The notes: generated by a model not told the origin, from the letters alone. 64,000 nt of DNA from Octopus vulgaris (GCA_951406725.2 OX597824.1:28892001-28956000); one strand, 5' to 3'. Counted from the stretch's first letter, positions 1 to 13,970 are shown. Numbers and translations are program-made.

Positions 1-528
1 TCAACTACCAAATCTAAGGCTAGCGGACAGTGTTTGTTAAGAATGGATGGACAGAGTGAGCTGATAGTTGATAGTTGGGTATGATCATAAATTTAGTCAG
101 GATTTAGAAAATGTAATTGTCTATAAAGGAGGCTGGGTAAGAGAAGACCCTAAATCAAGATGTTAAAAGGCAAGACGTTAATAAAACCTATAATGTTAAT
201 ACAGAGGAAATTATCATGGGGTACAATGGATGATTGTATATAAACAATATTGTTATGTTGTATGAAGATAAATTTTAAGATTACTAAAAATGCTGTTATA
301 ACCAGAATAGATAAACTGTGTATATATGTCAATTTTCAACACTAGAAAGGGAAGATAACATAGAATTAGCTTAATATTCATGCTTATACTTAATTATATA
401 CTTATAAGGTGGTTTCTATAAAGATTGCTCTGGGTATTTACTCATGGAATACGGGGACAATAAATCATGCTATCTACATATTAGTTATAAGCTAAGAATA
501 TAAATACATACATAGATACATAAATTGT

Positions 529-737
529 AAATTCAGCTGTTCTGATGATTTCAGAGCGTATAGGATGCCTTTTACGCTTTGATACTGGTGATAGGTTTCC
601 ATCTTCACTCTCTAACTCCTTACAAACTTTGTAGACGAAAGATCTGGCAACTTTTAAATCTCGAGGTATTTTTAAATCACTATGCTCAGCCTTTATAACT
701 ACAATGACAACATGCCTCTTCATTTCTTGAGTAAGCT
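529..737 (-). pseudogene. Tc1/mariner-family transposase, N-terminal HTH fragment
   Basis: Translation QEMKRHVVIVVIKAEHSDLKIPRDLKVARSFVYKVCKELESEDGNLSPVSKRKRHPIRSEIIRTAEF has the helix-turn-helix plus basic linker pattern of mariner/Tc1 transposases. It abuts a SINE upstream and has no DDE domain. Confidence 0.65.
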
Positions 738-738
738 G

Positions 739-898
739 ACGGGCTACTTTCAGTTTCCGTCTACGTACCAAATCAACTCACAAGGCTTTGGTCGGCCCGA
801 GGCTATAGTAGAAGAGACTTGTCCAAGGTGCCACGCAGTTGGACTGAACACTAAACCATGTGGTTGGGAAGCAAGCTTCTTACCACACAGCTATTCCT
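739..898 (-). mobile_element. tRNA-derived SINE family A, head
   Basis: Reverse complement of the recurrent head GGCTGTGTGGTAAG...GTTCAGTCC...GGCAAGTGTCTTCTACTATAGCCTCGGGCCGACC...GAAACTGAAAG, with A-box/B-box-like motifs. Confidence 0.8.
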
Positions 899-1014
899 TA
901 AATATATTTATATACATATAATGGAGGATTTATGGAGGTGCACCAACACCAGCTTTCAGTGCCCCCAGCATGGCCACGACCTTCAAGCTAAAACAAGTAA
1001 AAGATTAAAAACAG

Positions 1015-1172
1015 AGTATATGGCTGTGTGGTAAGTAGCTTGCTTACAAACCACATAGTTCCAGGTTCAGTCCCTCTGCATGGTACCTTGGGTAAGTGTC
1101 TTCTAATATAGCCTCGGGCCGGACAAAGCCTTGTGAGTGTGTTAAGTAGACGGAATCTGAAAGAAGCCCGTC

Positions 1173-1174
<2 letters not shown>
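1015..1174 (+). mobile_element. tRNA-derived SINE family A, head followed by (TG)n
   Basis: TGGCTGTGTGGTAAG (A box) ... GGTTCAGTCC (B box) ... AAAGAAGCCCGTCG. Confidence 0.85.
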
Positions 1175-1262
<88 letters not shown>

Positions 1263-1672
1263 ATATGTGTGTGCATGTCACTACTCAATTTTATTTCTAG
1301 ATTTATTACCACTAGAGAAAGAGCCGGTTTCTAACCTAGATCCAAGATTCCTTCATTGGAATTTCAGCATCTTATTTTGCTATGTATGTATGTATGTATG
1401 TATGTATGTATGTATGTATGTATGTATGTATGTACGTACGTATGTATGTATGTATGCATGTGTGTGTGTATGTATGTATGTATGTATGTATGTACGTACG
1501 TATGTATGTATGTATGCATGTGTGTGTGTATGTATGTATGTATGTATGTATGTATGTATGTATGTATGTATCTATGTAGGTATGTATGTACGCCACTTAG
1601 AGCCAATTTGTTTCATCGTTTGTATTCATGTTGATACGTGTGTCCGCATATGTACGCATGTATGTATATTTC

Positions 1673-1754
<82 letters not shown>

Positions 1755-2241
1755 CGTGCTTGTGTGTGTGTGTCCTCTTATTCTATTTATTCCTAAGAAT
1801 CTAGACCAAATAAGATAGATAACTGTGCTGACCTTAAAACATCAACACCACAGCGTAACCTAATAGTTTGCAGGTGTTCGTTTCGACTGTTAAATTTCAA
1901 GTATCGTTATGACTGCCAGCGCAATAGAATAAGGTTTAAGCAGCGAACAAAAAGTTTCCTTTGTTAATAACGTCACCAGCGTATTTTATGGTTTTATATC
2001 TACTTATTGACTAGTTGTACCCTCGCTGGAAAGGGCTGGCCGTGTCAATAGATATCGAAGATAACGTTGGAGATTAAATGATAGAAACTATTTATGGATG
2101 CAAGAATTTATGCGTTCTGGTGTGTGTGTGTGTGTGTAGATATATGTGCGTGTGCTTGTGCGTTTCTGTGTGTGTGTTTGTGTGTTGTTTGTGTCTTAGT
2201 GTCAATGTTGTGTTGCGTGTTTGTTCGTGTGTAATTGTGTG

Positions 2242-2287
<46 letters not shown>

Positions 2288-2519
2288 TGTGTGTTGTGTT
2301 CGCGTGTTGTGTGTGTGTGTGTATCTGTCTGTCCTATTTTTGTCTTTTAGTCTTGTACGTGTCATGTGTGCGTGTGTGTGAGTGTGTATGCGTGCGTGTA
2401 TGTGTGTGCGATGTGTGTGCGTGCGTGTGTGCGCGCGTGTACTACGTGTGTAGTGTGTGTCTGTGTGTGCGTGTGTGTGTGTGTTCGTATGTTTATGATA
2501 TAAATGCTGGTCAGTCTTA

Positions 2520-5128
2520 TAGTTGGTTGATTGTTTGGTCGATTGCTAGCTTGCTTGATTGATTGGCTGGCTGCTTGCTTGTTAGTGGGTTGGTTGGTTG
2601 GTTGGCTGGCTGGCTGGTTGGTTGGTTGGTTGGTTGGTTGGTTGGCTGGTTGGTCGGTCGGTCGGTCAGTTGGCTGGTTGGTCGGTCGGTCAGTTGGTTT
2701 ATTGGTTGGTTCATTGATTCGTTCGTTGGTTCATTCGTTGGTTCGTTCGCTGGTTCTTTTGTTGGTTCGTTCGTTGGTTCGTTCATTGATTCGTTCGTTG
2801 TTTCGTTGATTCGTTCGTTGGTTCGTTGGTTCATTCGTTGGTTCGTTCGCTGGTTCGTTTGTTGGTTCGTTCGTTGGTTCGTTCGTTGATTTGTTCGTTG
2901 GTTCGTTGATTCGTTCGTTGGTTCGTTGGTTCATTCGTTGGTTCGTTCGCTGGTTCGTTTGTTGGTTCGTTCGTTGGTTCGTTCGTTGGTGCGTTTGTTG
3001 GTTCGTTCGTTGGTTCGTCCGTTGATTCGTTGATTCGTTCGTTGGTTCGTTGATTCATTCGTTGGTTCGTTGATTCGTTCGTTTGTTGGTTCGTTCGTTG
3101 GTTCGTTCGTTGATTCGTTGATTCGTTCGTTGGTTCGTTGGTTCATTCGTTGGTTCGTTCGCTGGTTCGTTTGTTGGTTCGTTCGTTGGTTCGTTCGTTG
3201 GTTCGTTGATTCGTTCGTTGGTTCGTTGGTTCATTCGTTGGTTCATTCGTTGGTTCGTTCGCTGGTTCGTTTGTTGGTTCGTTCGTTGGTTCGTTCATTG
3301 ATTCGTTCGTTGTTTCGTTGATTCGTTCGTTGGTTCATTGGTTCATTCGTTGGTTCGTTCGCTGGTTCGTTTGTTGGTTCGTTCGTTGGTTCGTTCGTTG
3401 ATTTGTTCGTTGGATCGTTGATTCGTTCGTTGGTTCGTTGGTTCATTCGTTGGTTCGTTCGCTGGTTCGTTTGTTGGTTCGTTCGTTGGTTCGTTGGTTC
3501 GTTGATTCGTTCGTTGATTCGTTGGTTCGTTCGTTGGTTCGTTGGTTGATTCGTTCGTTGGTTCGTTGATTCGTTCGTTGATTCGTTCGTTGGTTCGTTG
3601 ATTCGTTTGTTGGTTCGTTGGTTCATTCGTTGGTTCATTCGTTGGTTCGTTCGTTGGTTCGTTGGTTGATCCGTTCGTTGGTTCGTTGATTCGTTCGTTG
3701 GTTCGTTGGTTCATTCGTTGGTTCATTCGTTGATTCGTTCGTTGGTACGTTGGTTCATTCGTTGATTCGTTCGTTGGTTCGTTGGTTCATTCGTTGGTTC
3801 GTTGGTTCATTCGTTGGTTCATTCGTTGGTTCGTTTGTTGGTTCGTTGGTTGATCCGTTCGTTGGTTGATCCGTTCGTTGGTTCGTTGATTCGTTCGTTG
3901 GTTCGTTCGTTGGTTCGTTGATTCGTTCGTTGGTTCGTTGATTCGTTCGTTGGTTCATTGATTCGTTCGTTGGTTCGTTGGTTGATTCGTTGGTTCGTTC
4001 GTTCATTTGTTCATTGGTTCATTGATTCGTTTGTTGGTTCGTTGGTTCATTCGTTGGTTCATTCGTTGGTTCGTTCGTTGGTTCACTCGTTGGTTGATTC
4101 GTTCGTTGGTTCGTTGATTCGTTCGTTGATTCGTTCGTTGGTTCGTTGATTCGTTCGTTGGTTCGTTGTTGATTCGTTGGTTGATTCGTTGGTTCGTTCG
4201 TTGGTTCGTTCGTTGATCCGTTCGTTGGTTCGTTGGTTCGTTGAATCGTTCGTTGGTTCGTTGGTTCATTCGTTGGTTCGTTCGTTGGTTCACTCGTTGG
4301 TTCGTTGGTTGATTTGTTCGTTGGTTCGTTGATTCGTTCGTTGGTTCGTTGATTCGTTCGTTGGTTCATTGATTCGTTCGTTGGTTCGTTGGTTCATTCG
4401 TTGGTTCGTTCGTTGATTCGTTCATTGGTTCGTTGATTCGTTCGTTGGTTCGTTGGTTCATTCGTTGGTTGATTCGTTGGTTCGTTCGTTAGTTCACTCG
4501 TTGGTTCGTTGGTTGATTCGTTCGTTGGTTCGTTGATTCGTTCGTTGGTTCGTTGATTCGTTCGTTGGTTCGTTGATTCGTTCGTTGGTTCGTTGGTTCA
4601 TTCGTTGGTTCGTTCGTTGATTCGTTCATTGGTTCGTTGATTCGTTCGTTGGTTCGTTGTTTTATTCGTTGGTTCATTCGTTGGTTCATTCGTTGGTTCG
4701 TTCGTTGATTCGTTCATTGGTTCGTTGATTCGTTGGTTCGTTGGTTCATTCGTTGGTTCATTCGTTGGTTCGTTCGTTGGTTCACTCGTTGGTTCGTTGG
4801 TTGATTCGTTCGTTGGTTCGTTGATTCGTTCGTTGGTTCGTTGATTCGTTCGTTGGTTCGTTGATTCGTTCGTTGGTTCGTTGGTTCATTCGTTGGTTCG
4901 TTCGTTGATTCGTTCATTGGTTCGTTGATTCGTTCGTTGGTTCGTTGGTTTATTCGTTGGTTCATTCGTTGGTTCGTTCGTTGGTTCGTTCGTTGATTCG
5001 TTCGTTGGTTCGTTGATTCGTTCGTTGGTTCGTTGGTTCATTCGTTGGTTCATTTGTTGTTTCGTTCTTTGGTTCGTTCGTTCGTTTGTTCGTTCGTTCG
5101 ATCGTTCGTTGGTTTGTTCATTCGTTGA
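2520..5128. repeat. Complex GTTG/GTTC/GATT minisatellite (GGTTCGTT and GATTCGTT units)
   Basis: About 2.6 kb built almost entirely from TGGT/TCGT/TGAT/TCAT tetramers. The counterpart in copy 2 (17645-18210) is only ~0.56 kb. Confidence 0.95.
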
Positions 5129-5382
5129 TTCTCTAATAATAAGTACGAAGGTCGATTTGTTCTACTAAACCCTTCAAGTCGGTGCCCCAACATGCCCAAG
5201 GTCCAATGACTGAAACAAGTAAGAAATGAAAGATAGAAGATCACCGAAACAACCACCACAGCGCATTCCTCCCCACCCTCCGAACCGCTAAACATTCTGA
5301 CAGTCACCGTTTTACAACTGTCTCTCAATTAAGTACAGTGCGAGTAACTTCTAGAAAGAATGTTTAGCCGATTGCATCGGTA

Positions 5383-5777
5383 CAGTGGGGTCTCTATATA
5401 CGAATACTATGTCCTGGATCACTGTTCTTAAATCAGCTTGTTTGCTAAATGAATAATTGAAATACATATAGATAAGGGTAATCCATTCCAAGTCACCTTC
5501 AAAACTTCAAATAAAAACTTGAGATGATCTTTCAATTGTCCATCCACCAATAGTAAATACATGAACATACAGGTATACAGTCTCGGCTCATAGTTGCAGA
5601 AATTTCAATTCGCTAAGTGAATGGGGCTTCCTGTCACTTATATTCGTGCGAAGTCTGCACATAATTCGTTGATGAAATTTTAGTTCGTTATGCAAGTCCA
5701 ATTACTTTTTTAAAAAAAAAACGTTCGCTATTCAGTTTGTTCGTTTAGAGAACAGTTCGTATATGGGTACTCCACTC
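5383..5777. mobile_element. Tigger/pogo-like MITE
   Basis: Left end TA|CAGTGGGGTCTCTATATACGAA; right end TTCGTATATRGGTACTCCACTC, followed by TA in copy 2. Imperfect ~22-bp TIRs, TA target, non-coding. Confidence 0.6.
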
Positions 5778-6612
5778 AACTTCGGAGGGAACAAAGGCAA
5801 ACCTAATCGCGGTTAATGTTGAACTAATAGCGTAAAGAGGTGTAAAGAAAAAAAAATGAGTTGAGCCCGTTCACAGCTGTCGCTTACAATATTTATAACG
5901 AAATAATTTAAAGTAGATTACAGCAACTTTGAATGGAAATAGACACGAGAATCAAGGAAAGTTACTGCAGCAGATAATTACTATTATTGGAATGGAGTTT
6001 GTTTAATTGGAAATAAGAAGGAAACGCGAAGACAATCTCGGTAGAGTCATTTGTGTTCTGAGTTTCACACACAAGCCCATACGCAACGCAGTTACTCTCT
6101 TGCTTTCATTTTCCTTCTAACACCCTCACTTTCTCTCTCTTAGCTCTCTTCTCTCTCTCTCTTACTCCTCTCTCTCTCTCTCTCTCTCCCTTTCTCTCTA
6201 CTCATGTATATGTTTGTGCAATTAACTTACGTGTATGTATATAAAAATACACACACGTATATGTAGAAATAAAAAGGTATTTAGGGAGAAATATATATTC
6301 GCATAATTTCTATGGTAATACAAATCACTCACACACACATACACACACATACATACAGTTATATGCTGATGATAACATTTCATATCTATTAGTCAAATAC
6401 ATATACGTACATATACCTTTATATAAGGGTATATATTATTCTATCAATCCCTCACTCTCTCTCTCTTCCTCTTTTTCTTTCTCTCTGTATATGTATATAT
6501 ACATACATACACACATATAAATATACATATATACAAATTATACATGTATCTGTCTATCCATCAACCCATCCATGCATCCATCTATCTAAATATCTAGCTA
6601 GCTAGCTACCTA

Positions 6613-6672
<60 letters not shown>

Positions 6673-6808
6673 GTACCTATGTATGTATGCGTACGTGTGT
6701 GTGTGTGTATGTGCGTTTGTATCTGTATGTATAAGTGTGTGCGTGTATGCATGTGTTTATGAGAATATTGATGAGTTTCTATCATACACATATCACACAC
6801 TTTCACAT

Positions 6809-6846
<38 letters not shown>

Positions 6847-7790
6847 GTACAGACATATACACATACACATACGCATATACTAGCACACACATACACACAC
6901 ATACACCTTTTCCTCTTTCTTCTTCTGTCACTTCTCAGTCCTACCTCTACCTCCCCAGCCGCACTCTCCCTCCCTCTGTCTCTTTCCATTCCTCATTCCC
7001 CCCTCTCTCCCTCTCTCTCTCACACATTCTCTTGCAAGCATTCAGTCATAAATACATAGCACATTTTCCGAAGTTCTTTATACATTACATGTTTATATAT
7101 ATATATATTTAAAATTTTATTTTATACTTCAGGTAAAAACCTCCTTCCCCATCACAGTGACACATACACACACACATACACACGCTCACACTTGCACATA
7201 CACACGCTCACACTTGCACATACACACACCTACACACTCACCGCTCAAGATATTTCGTGAGAACAACGAACCTCACATGCATGCAAGAGCTCGTTGTAAT
7301 AAAGGGGAATAATTATAATTTTCCTTCACAATATTCTTCTCGGCGTTCCGTTTGTCTTTTAATTATATTAAAAGCGTTTTTTTGAAAATTAAATTTCAAA
7401 AGATTCTCAAAGACTTTCCTGTGAGATTATTACATCTGTAGTTCCGTTGATATATATTCGGGTGGGTGGCAAATATTAAAGAATTCTTGGAACAATTCAA
7501 TGACATTCGATCGTCTCTCTCTCTTTTTCCTTTTCGTCGTTATTTTGTCTTTAATTTCATTTAGCAAATTAGCCACAACCGACTTAGCTTCTTATGACAA
7601 AATAATCTTTTTTCACCAGCTGTACCGACTGCTTAACTGCTTAACAGTATTTATAATACATAGATGCATGTGTGTCGATCAAATTGCTTATCTATAACTG
7701 AATAACCATGTTCCATTCTTTTGTGTTTGGTAAACGTGTGCTTCGGCATACATGCACAGACATGCTTACACCCCTTTACACATATACACG

Positions 7791-7939
<149 letters not shown>

Positions 7940-8037
7940 TATATATATGTATATGTATATGTATATATATATATGTATTATTTATATGTATGTATAGTAT
8001 ATATATATATAAATAAAATGTATATATATATAATGTT

Positions 8038-8073
<36 letters not shown>

Positions 8074-9191
8074 GGGGAAGAGAAGGAGGATATGTGCGCG
8101 CGAAGAGGTATGTGTGTGTTTGTGTGTGTGTGTGTATGTATACATCTATAGATTGATACATGCATACACGCATGCATACGTATATACATACATACATGCT
8201 TGCTTACATACATACTTACATGTATGCATATATACATTTGTTACCTACATTTCACCAAGAGTGCTTTGTATCATTGTTAGAAACCAGATTTCAAATAGTT
8301 AAAAATAAAAAAGACATACATACATACGTGCAGGCATATATACATACATACATACATACATACACACATGCTTCCATATTTACATATATACATATGCGCA
8401 TAAACATACGTACTTAACTAGCTATATTCATATATACATACATATATGCATACACACTTACATACATACATATATGAACACTTGCATACATACATACATT
8501 TATACATAGATTCATACTTACATGCATACATATATGCATAAATAAATACATACACACATACATACATACACGCATGCATACATACATACATATATACATA
8601 CATACATATATACATACACACATAAATACATGCACGCATACATGCATGCATACATGCATGCATACATACATACATACATGCATGCATACATACATACATA
8701 CATACATATATACATACATACACATATACATACATACACATATACACACATACATACACACATACATATATACATGCATACATTCATGCACACATACATA
8801 CATACATTCATGCACATATACATGCATACATACATACATACATATATGCATACATACATATATACATACGTACGTACAAAATTCATTGAGAATAACTCTG
8901 CCATGAAAATCCGCATAAAAATTTGTTACTATAGAAATCTATGGAAGAACGTACGAAAAGTCTTCTTTATACGATGTACGTAGAGTATTGCACGGTTATT
9001 ACTGCTAAGATGTAGGTAAAAGATGTATCATACAGATAGATATTTGTTTGTAAGCCCAAACGAATATTTTCTGCTTGAGTGCAATCAGCCATAAGAAAAA
9101 AAAATGTCGGTTGAACAAAAATGTGGTTCAGATAATTGTTAAATTCATTTAATCTCACGAATGAATTATTATTATTATTATTATTATTATT

Positions 9192-9741
9192 GAGAGAGCA
9201 GTTCATGCCATCAAAGTGACACTGGGGTAAAATATACGAAGCCCAATATACCCATCATGACTACCCGTCTGATAAAGGTACACCAGGCACATGCATCACA
9301 ACCATATGTGCGCGACATGGTGATCTCATATCAAGATAAACAGCACATGACCTTGCAGGTGGGGCCCAGTTAGAATTTTCTTCAGGTTGAGTAGCCCATC
9401 CTGCTCAAACGGTCCCTGAATAAGGGTTGCTTTAGGATGTTGAACGAAACACCTATGTTTCCAGAGGTGAACCATTCAAACTCCAAAGAATCCCTCTCAA
9501 CACATGGCCATGATGCTCCCCCACTACTTCTGCTCGTGATCAGAGATGCACATATCGTCAGCCACTAAGGGACATGCTCAACTGGTTAAGGTCAAACAAC
9601 TGACAAGCAAATCTGTGGTATTGAGCAGAATATTTGCTGTAGCCCATCTTTTATACCAAGACAAAACAATGTACATGATAACACTTCCAATCAGTTAAGA
9701 TCAGAAGCCATGAGAGCCACTGCCTGGTACTGCATCAGGGC

Positions 9742-9743
<2 letters not shown>
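9192..9743. mobile_element. ~550-bp non-coding element inside an (ATT)n microsatellite
   Basis: Complex sequence flanked on both sides by (ATT)n. It is absent at the corresponding (ATT)n of copy 2 (~22530-22585). Confidence 0.8.
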
Positions 9744-9814
<71 letters not shown>

Positions 9815-10425
9815 TATTTTATTCATTTATTTAGTTATTAAAATTAAGGACACATATGTCCGGTTGCCGTAACGGAGATGACTTTAAACGTCACTAGTAT
9901 CGTCACAGGTTTTGCTGCTAGAACTCGAAGAACTGGAAAAATGATACCGCAAAACATTTCGTCATTAATCCGGCGTCAACGATTAGCAATTTTTTAGAGA
10001 CTCCAAAATAAAATAAATCGCATTATTGCCTTCAGTAAGATTTGAACACAGAGGGCGGAGAGTGTGAACAAGTAAGCACGAAGCATTTTGTACATTGCTC
10101 TAACAACTCTGCCAATTCGTTCTCAATGTTAACTAGACCAACTGTAGACTTTGGCATATTTATTTTTTCTTCTTGGGTCCAATAGTTAAATAACACAAAG
10201 AAAATGATTTCCTCCGTTGCTGTATTGATTCTGTCGTATGTATGTATGTTTATGCGTATATGTATGTATAAATGTAGATATGGAAGCATGTATGTATGAA
10301 TGTATGTATGTATGTATGTATGTATGTATGTGTGTATGTATGTATGTATGTATGTATGTATGTATGTATGTATGTATGTATGCATGTCTAATTGAACGTA
10401 TATGTGTATGTCTCTTTATTTTCAA

Positions 10426-10807
10426 CTAGCAGTATCGCCAGGCGTTGCTCGGGTTTGTTTCGACCCTTTAGAATTGGAATTTTTAAAAAGTAAAAATTTT
10501 ATTATGTAGCTTGTTATTCTCTTTAAGTTAACATCTTTCTGGTTGAAAAATGGCGACACAGTAGTCAAAAAATTGTAAAAAATAGGGATTATCATAGAAA
10601 AAAAGCACCTTTTTGATGTAAATAATTTTTGGTGTTAACTTGGTCCGATTTGAATTTTTTTCTTCTACGAAAGGAAGAGCAAGCCTTTTTCTATCATACT
10701 CTCAATTTTGGTCAACTTGCGCTGCAGGGTCTCGGAGGAGATAGTATTAGTTGAAGGTACCAAAATTGCCACACACAGACAACTTCAGCTTTATATATAT
10801 ATATAGA
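10426..10807 (-). mobile_element. Non-autonomous Helitron
   Basis: Minus strand begins TC(TATATA...) and ends with a GC-rich imperfect hairpin (CCCGAGCAACGCCTGG) then CTAG. It sits between A and T with no TSD, and it interrupts a sequence whose uninterrupted inverted copy is at ~8290. Confidence 0.85.
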
Positions 10808-10884
10808 TTATTTGAAATCTGGTTTCTAACAATGATACAAAGCATCATTGGCGAAATGCAGGTAACAAATATATATTTTTTCTC

Positions 10885-11045
10885 ATTTACTCATTTACTT
10901 CTTTCAGTCTTTTGATTGTGGTCATGCTGGAGCACCGCCTTTAGTCGAGCACATCGACCCCAGGACTTATTCTTTGTAAGCCTAGTACTTATTATATCGT
11001 CCTCTTTTGCCGAACCGCTAGCTTACGGGGACGTAAACACACACA
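10885..11045 (-). mobile_element. SINE family A, tail
   Basis: Reverse complement of ...GGGGTCGAT...CGACTAAAGGCGGTGCTCCAGCATG...GACTGAAA. Confidence 0.8.
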
Positions 11046-11108
11046 CGAACATATGCACACATGTACGCATACACACAGATATATGAATATATATAACTGT
11101 ATGTATAG

Positions 11109-11175
<67 letters not shown>

Positions 11176-11179
<4 letters not shown>

Positions 11180-11667
11180 CAATTGAGGATAAAATCTTTA
11201 AAAGAAATTATCAGTAGTCAGCGTGAAAAACCTCGTAAGAGAAAAAATCCGTAAATTCTTCCTCTTTGAAAATATTCATTTATATTATATTGAGGGTACT
11301 ACTATTCGTAGATACCAACACGCTAAGAGGGACCAATGCGGTCAAAACTACTAAAAATAAACAAAATTTTACCGAATGCAAAACTTCAAAACACATCATT
11401 TTAAAAAAGAATTCAGTTACATATCACATGTGATTTCGCATTTAAACTTATATTTCTTGAGTTTGTTGCACTGATGAACATAAAATGCATATTCTGCATT
11501 TAAATGCGAAATCACATGTGATATGTAACTGAATTCTTTTTTTAAAATGATGTGTTTTGAAGTTTTGCATTCGGTAAAATTTTGTTTATTTTTAGTAGTT
11601 TTGACCGCATTGGTCCCTCTTAGCGTGTTGGTATCTACGAATAGTAGTACCCTCAATATAATATAAA
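11176..11667. mobile_element. Hammerhead-bearing Penelope-like/retrozyme element, internally deleted version forming a long inverted repeat
   Basis: Arms 11279-11446 and 11499-11667 are near-perfect reverse complements with a 52-bp spacer. Flanked by (TA)n. Equals 23937-24819 minus 24208-24600. Confidence 0.8.
11465..11529 (+). ncRNA. Type I hammerhead ribozyme motif with palindromic stem III
   Basis: GTTGCA-CTGATGA-[acataaaatgca tattc tgcatttaaatgc]-GAAA-TCACATGTGA-TA-TGTAAC. Stem I GTTGCA/TGTAAC, both core boxes present, cleavage triplet AUA. The first stem II pair is A.C rather than G-C. Confidence 0.75.
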
Positions 11668-11677
11668 AAATAATAAT

Positions 11678-11728
<51 letters not shown>

Positions 11729-11771
11729 TATGCATATATATATGTGTGTGTGTGTGTGTATTTAACCAAAG

Positions 11772-12278
<507 letters not shown>

Positions 12279-13120
12279 ATTATTGTATGTATGATTGTAT
12301 GTATATATGTATATTAGTGTGTTTCTCTATGTTAGTGTATATGTATATATATATACGTGTATATTTATATATATGTATATGTGTGTGCGTGTGTATTTTG
12401 ATGTGTATACATTTACACTCATAAAATTAATATCGACACAATGAGTTAATCAATTCCACCTCCGCTTAAAATGGCAAAATCTTGCTATAATAAAATTATT
12501 ATATTTAATCTTATATATGTATTGAACTACACTTTTTTATAAATAGATTGTAATATACTTTCTGATGGTCAGGATTACGACCTGTGAATATGAGTGTGAT
12601 CGTGTTCGTGATTTCAATGGTGATTACAATGTTGCTATTATAGAGAACAGTAATGGTTATCATTTGGTTTTTATTTGTTTTACTTGTTTAAGTCATTGGA
12701 CTGCGACCATGCTGTGGCAGCGCCTTGAACGGTTTTAGTTGAAGAAATCGATTGTAGCACTTATATTGTATTAAAATCTAGTAACTATTCCATCGGTCTC
12801 TTTTTTTTTTGTCGTTTAGATGAAGCACTATATGACGGGGAGGAAAACAAACCTGCACCGGTTGTCATGCGGTGGTGCAGAACAAAAGACAGACACATAG
12901 ACACACACTTATATATATTTGTATATGCATACTTATACACACAAATTCAAACGCATAGACACAGTCAAGCACACACGCACATGGAAACAGAAGTATAGAC
13001 TCAAACGCATACGCAAGCATACATACATACATGCATACATACATACATACATGCATACATACATACATACATACATACATACATACATACATACATACAT
13101 ACATACATACATACATACAT

Positions 13121-13785
13121 GATGACTGCCCCCTCGTTATCGAGTATGGCCATTGCACGAAGCTTAACTGTTATTGGTGCTGTGATCGAATGTGACTTTT
13201 ATTTGCTTTTTAATGCTACAGCCAGCCATTCAGTTGAGACTCACAGCACCATCAACAATCATGAACAATGTTGTTACCGTGCAATGCCTGTGCAGGAAGA
13301 TTTTTTTTAAAGTGAGGAAAGGCTCTGCACTGAGTCAATCCCAGTCACTAAGCAACAGCAGCCATAATCCGAAAAGAAGAACAAGTCAACATCATCGGTA
13401 ACCACTAAGCCGCAGGTTTTATGTCGGAGTTATCCCAGTTACCTGAGTTACCTTCTCCTAGAAGGATGCCCTAACAAAAGCTAGGAGTCCTTCACTTCCA
13501 ATGGTTTAACCGCGCGATCGGGTATTCAGTCCGATTATTTCTATGTCCCCGCGCATGATACAGCTTTAAGCCTTAAGAAAAAAAAATTACACATTTATTG
13601 GATGGCCGTTGACTCTCAAGAGTTCCTCCGCCCTTTGACGGGTTTTGCTTTTCATCCCGCAGGATGTCCAATAAACACCCTCCTCACCAAGCAAGCTTGG
13701 TGGTGTTGCCGGTTTAGTCGCCGACAGGCTGACCATGCAACAGGTTGTACTGGGTTACATGTTACCAGTAGCACTCGAAAGTGAC
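13121..13785 (-). mobile_element. Short non-autonomous RTE-derived element
   Basis: Minus strand carries GGCATCCTTCTAGGAGAAGGTAACTC (13445-13470), resembling the conserved RTE 5'-UTR motif, and a small 3' stem-loop CTCG-ATAA-CGAG. No RT ORF. Embedded in (CATA)n. Confidence 0.55.
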
Positions 13786-13970
13786 TTGACATACATACAT
13801 ACGTACATATCTACATACACAAGCGGATGCTCACACTGGCACGCACAGATACGCACGCTACAAGATCTCAGGCAGATAAATTCGTAAGGGATGAAGTAAA
13901 AAGTCATTGAAAAAGTTGCAAACTAGCAACGAAAGAGCTGTGACAAACAAAAATAAAGCATATTACTGAC

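Noticed and set aside
9660-9743. HDV-like ribozyme topology at the end of the (ATT)n element
   Set aside because: Some helices can be drawn, but the conserved L3/P1.1/J4-2 nucleotides are not evident.
10032-10200. Non-repetitive minus-strand ORF part (WTQEEKINMPKSTVGLVNIENELAELLEQC)
   Set aside because: No recognisable domain or convincing splice sites.
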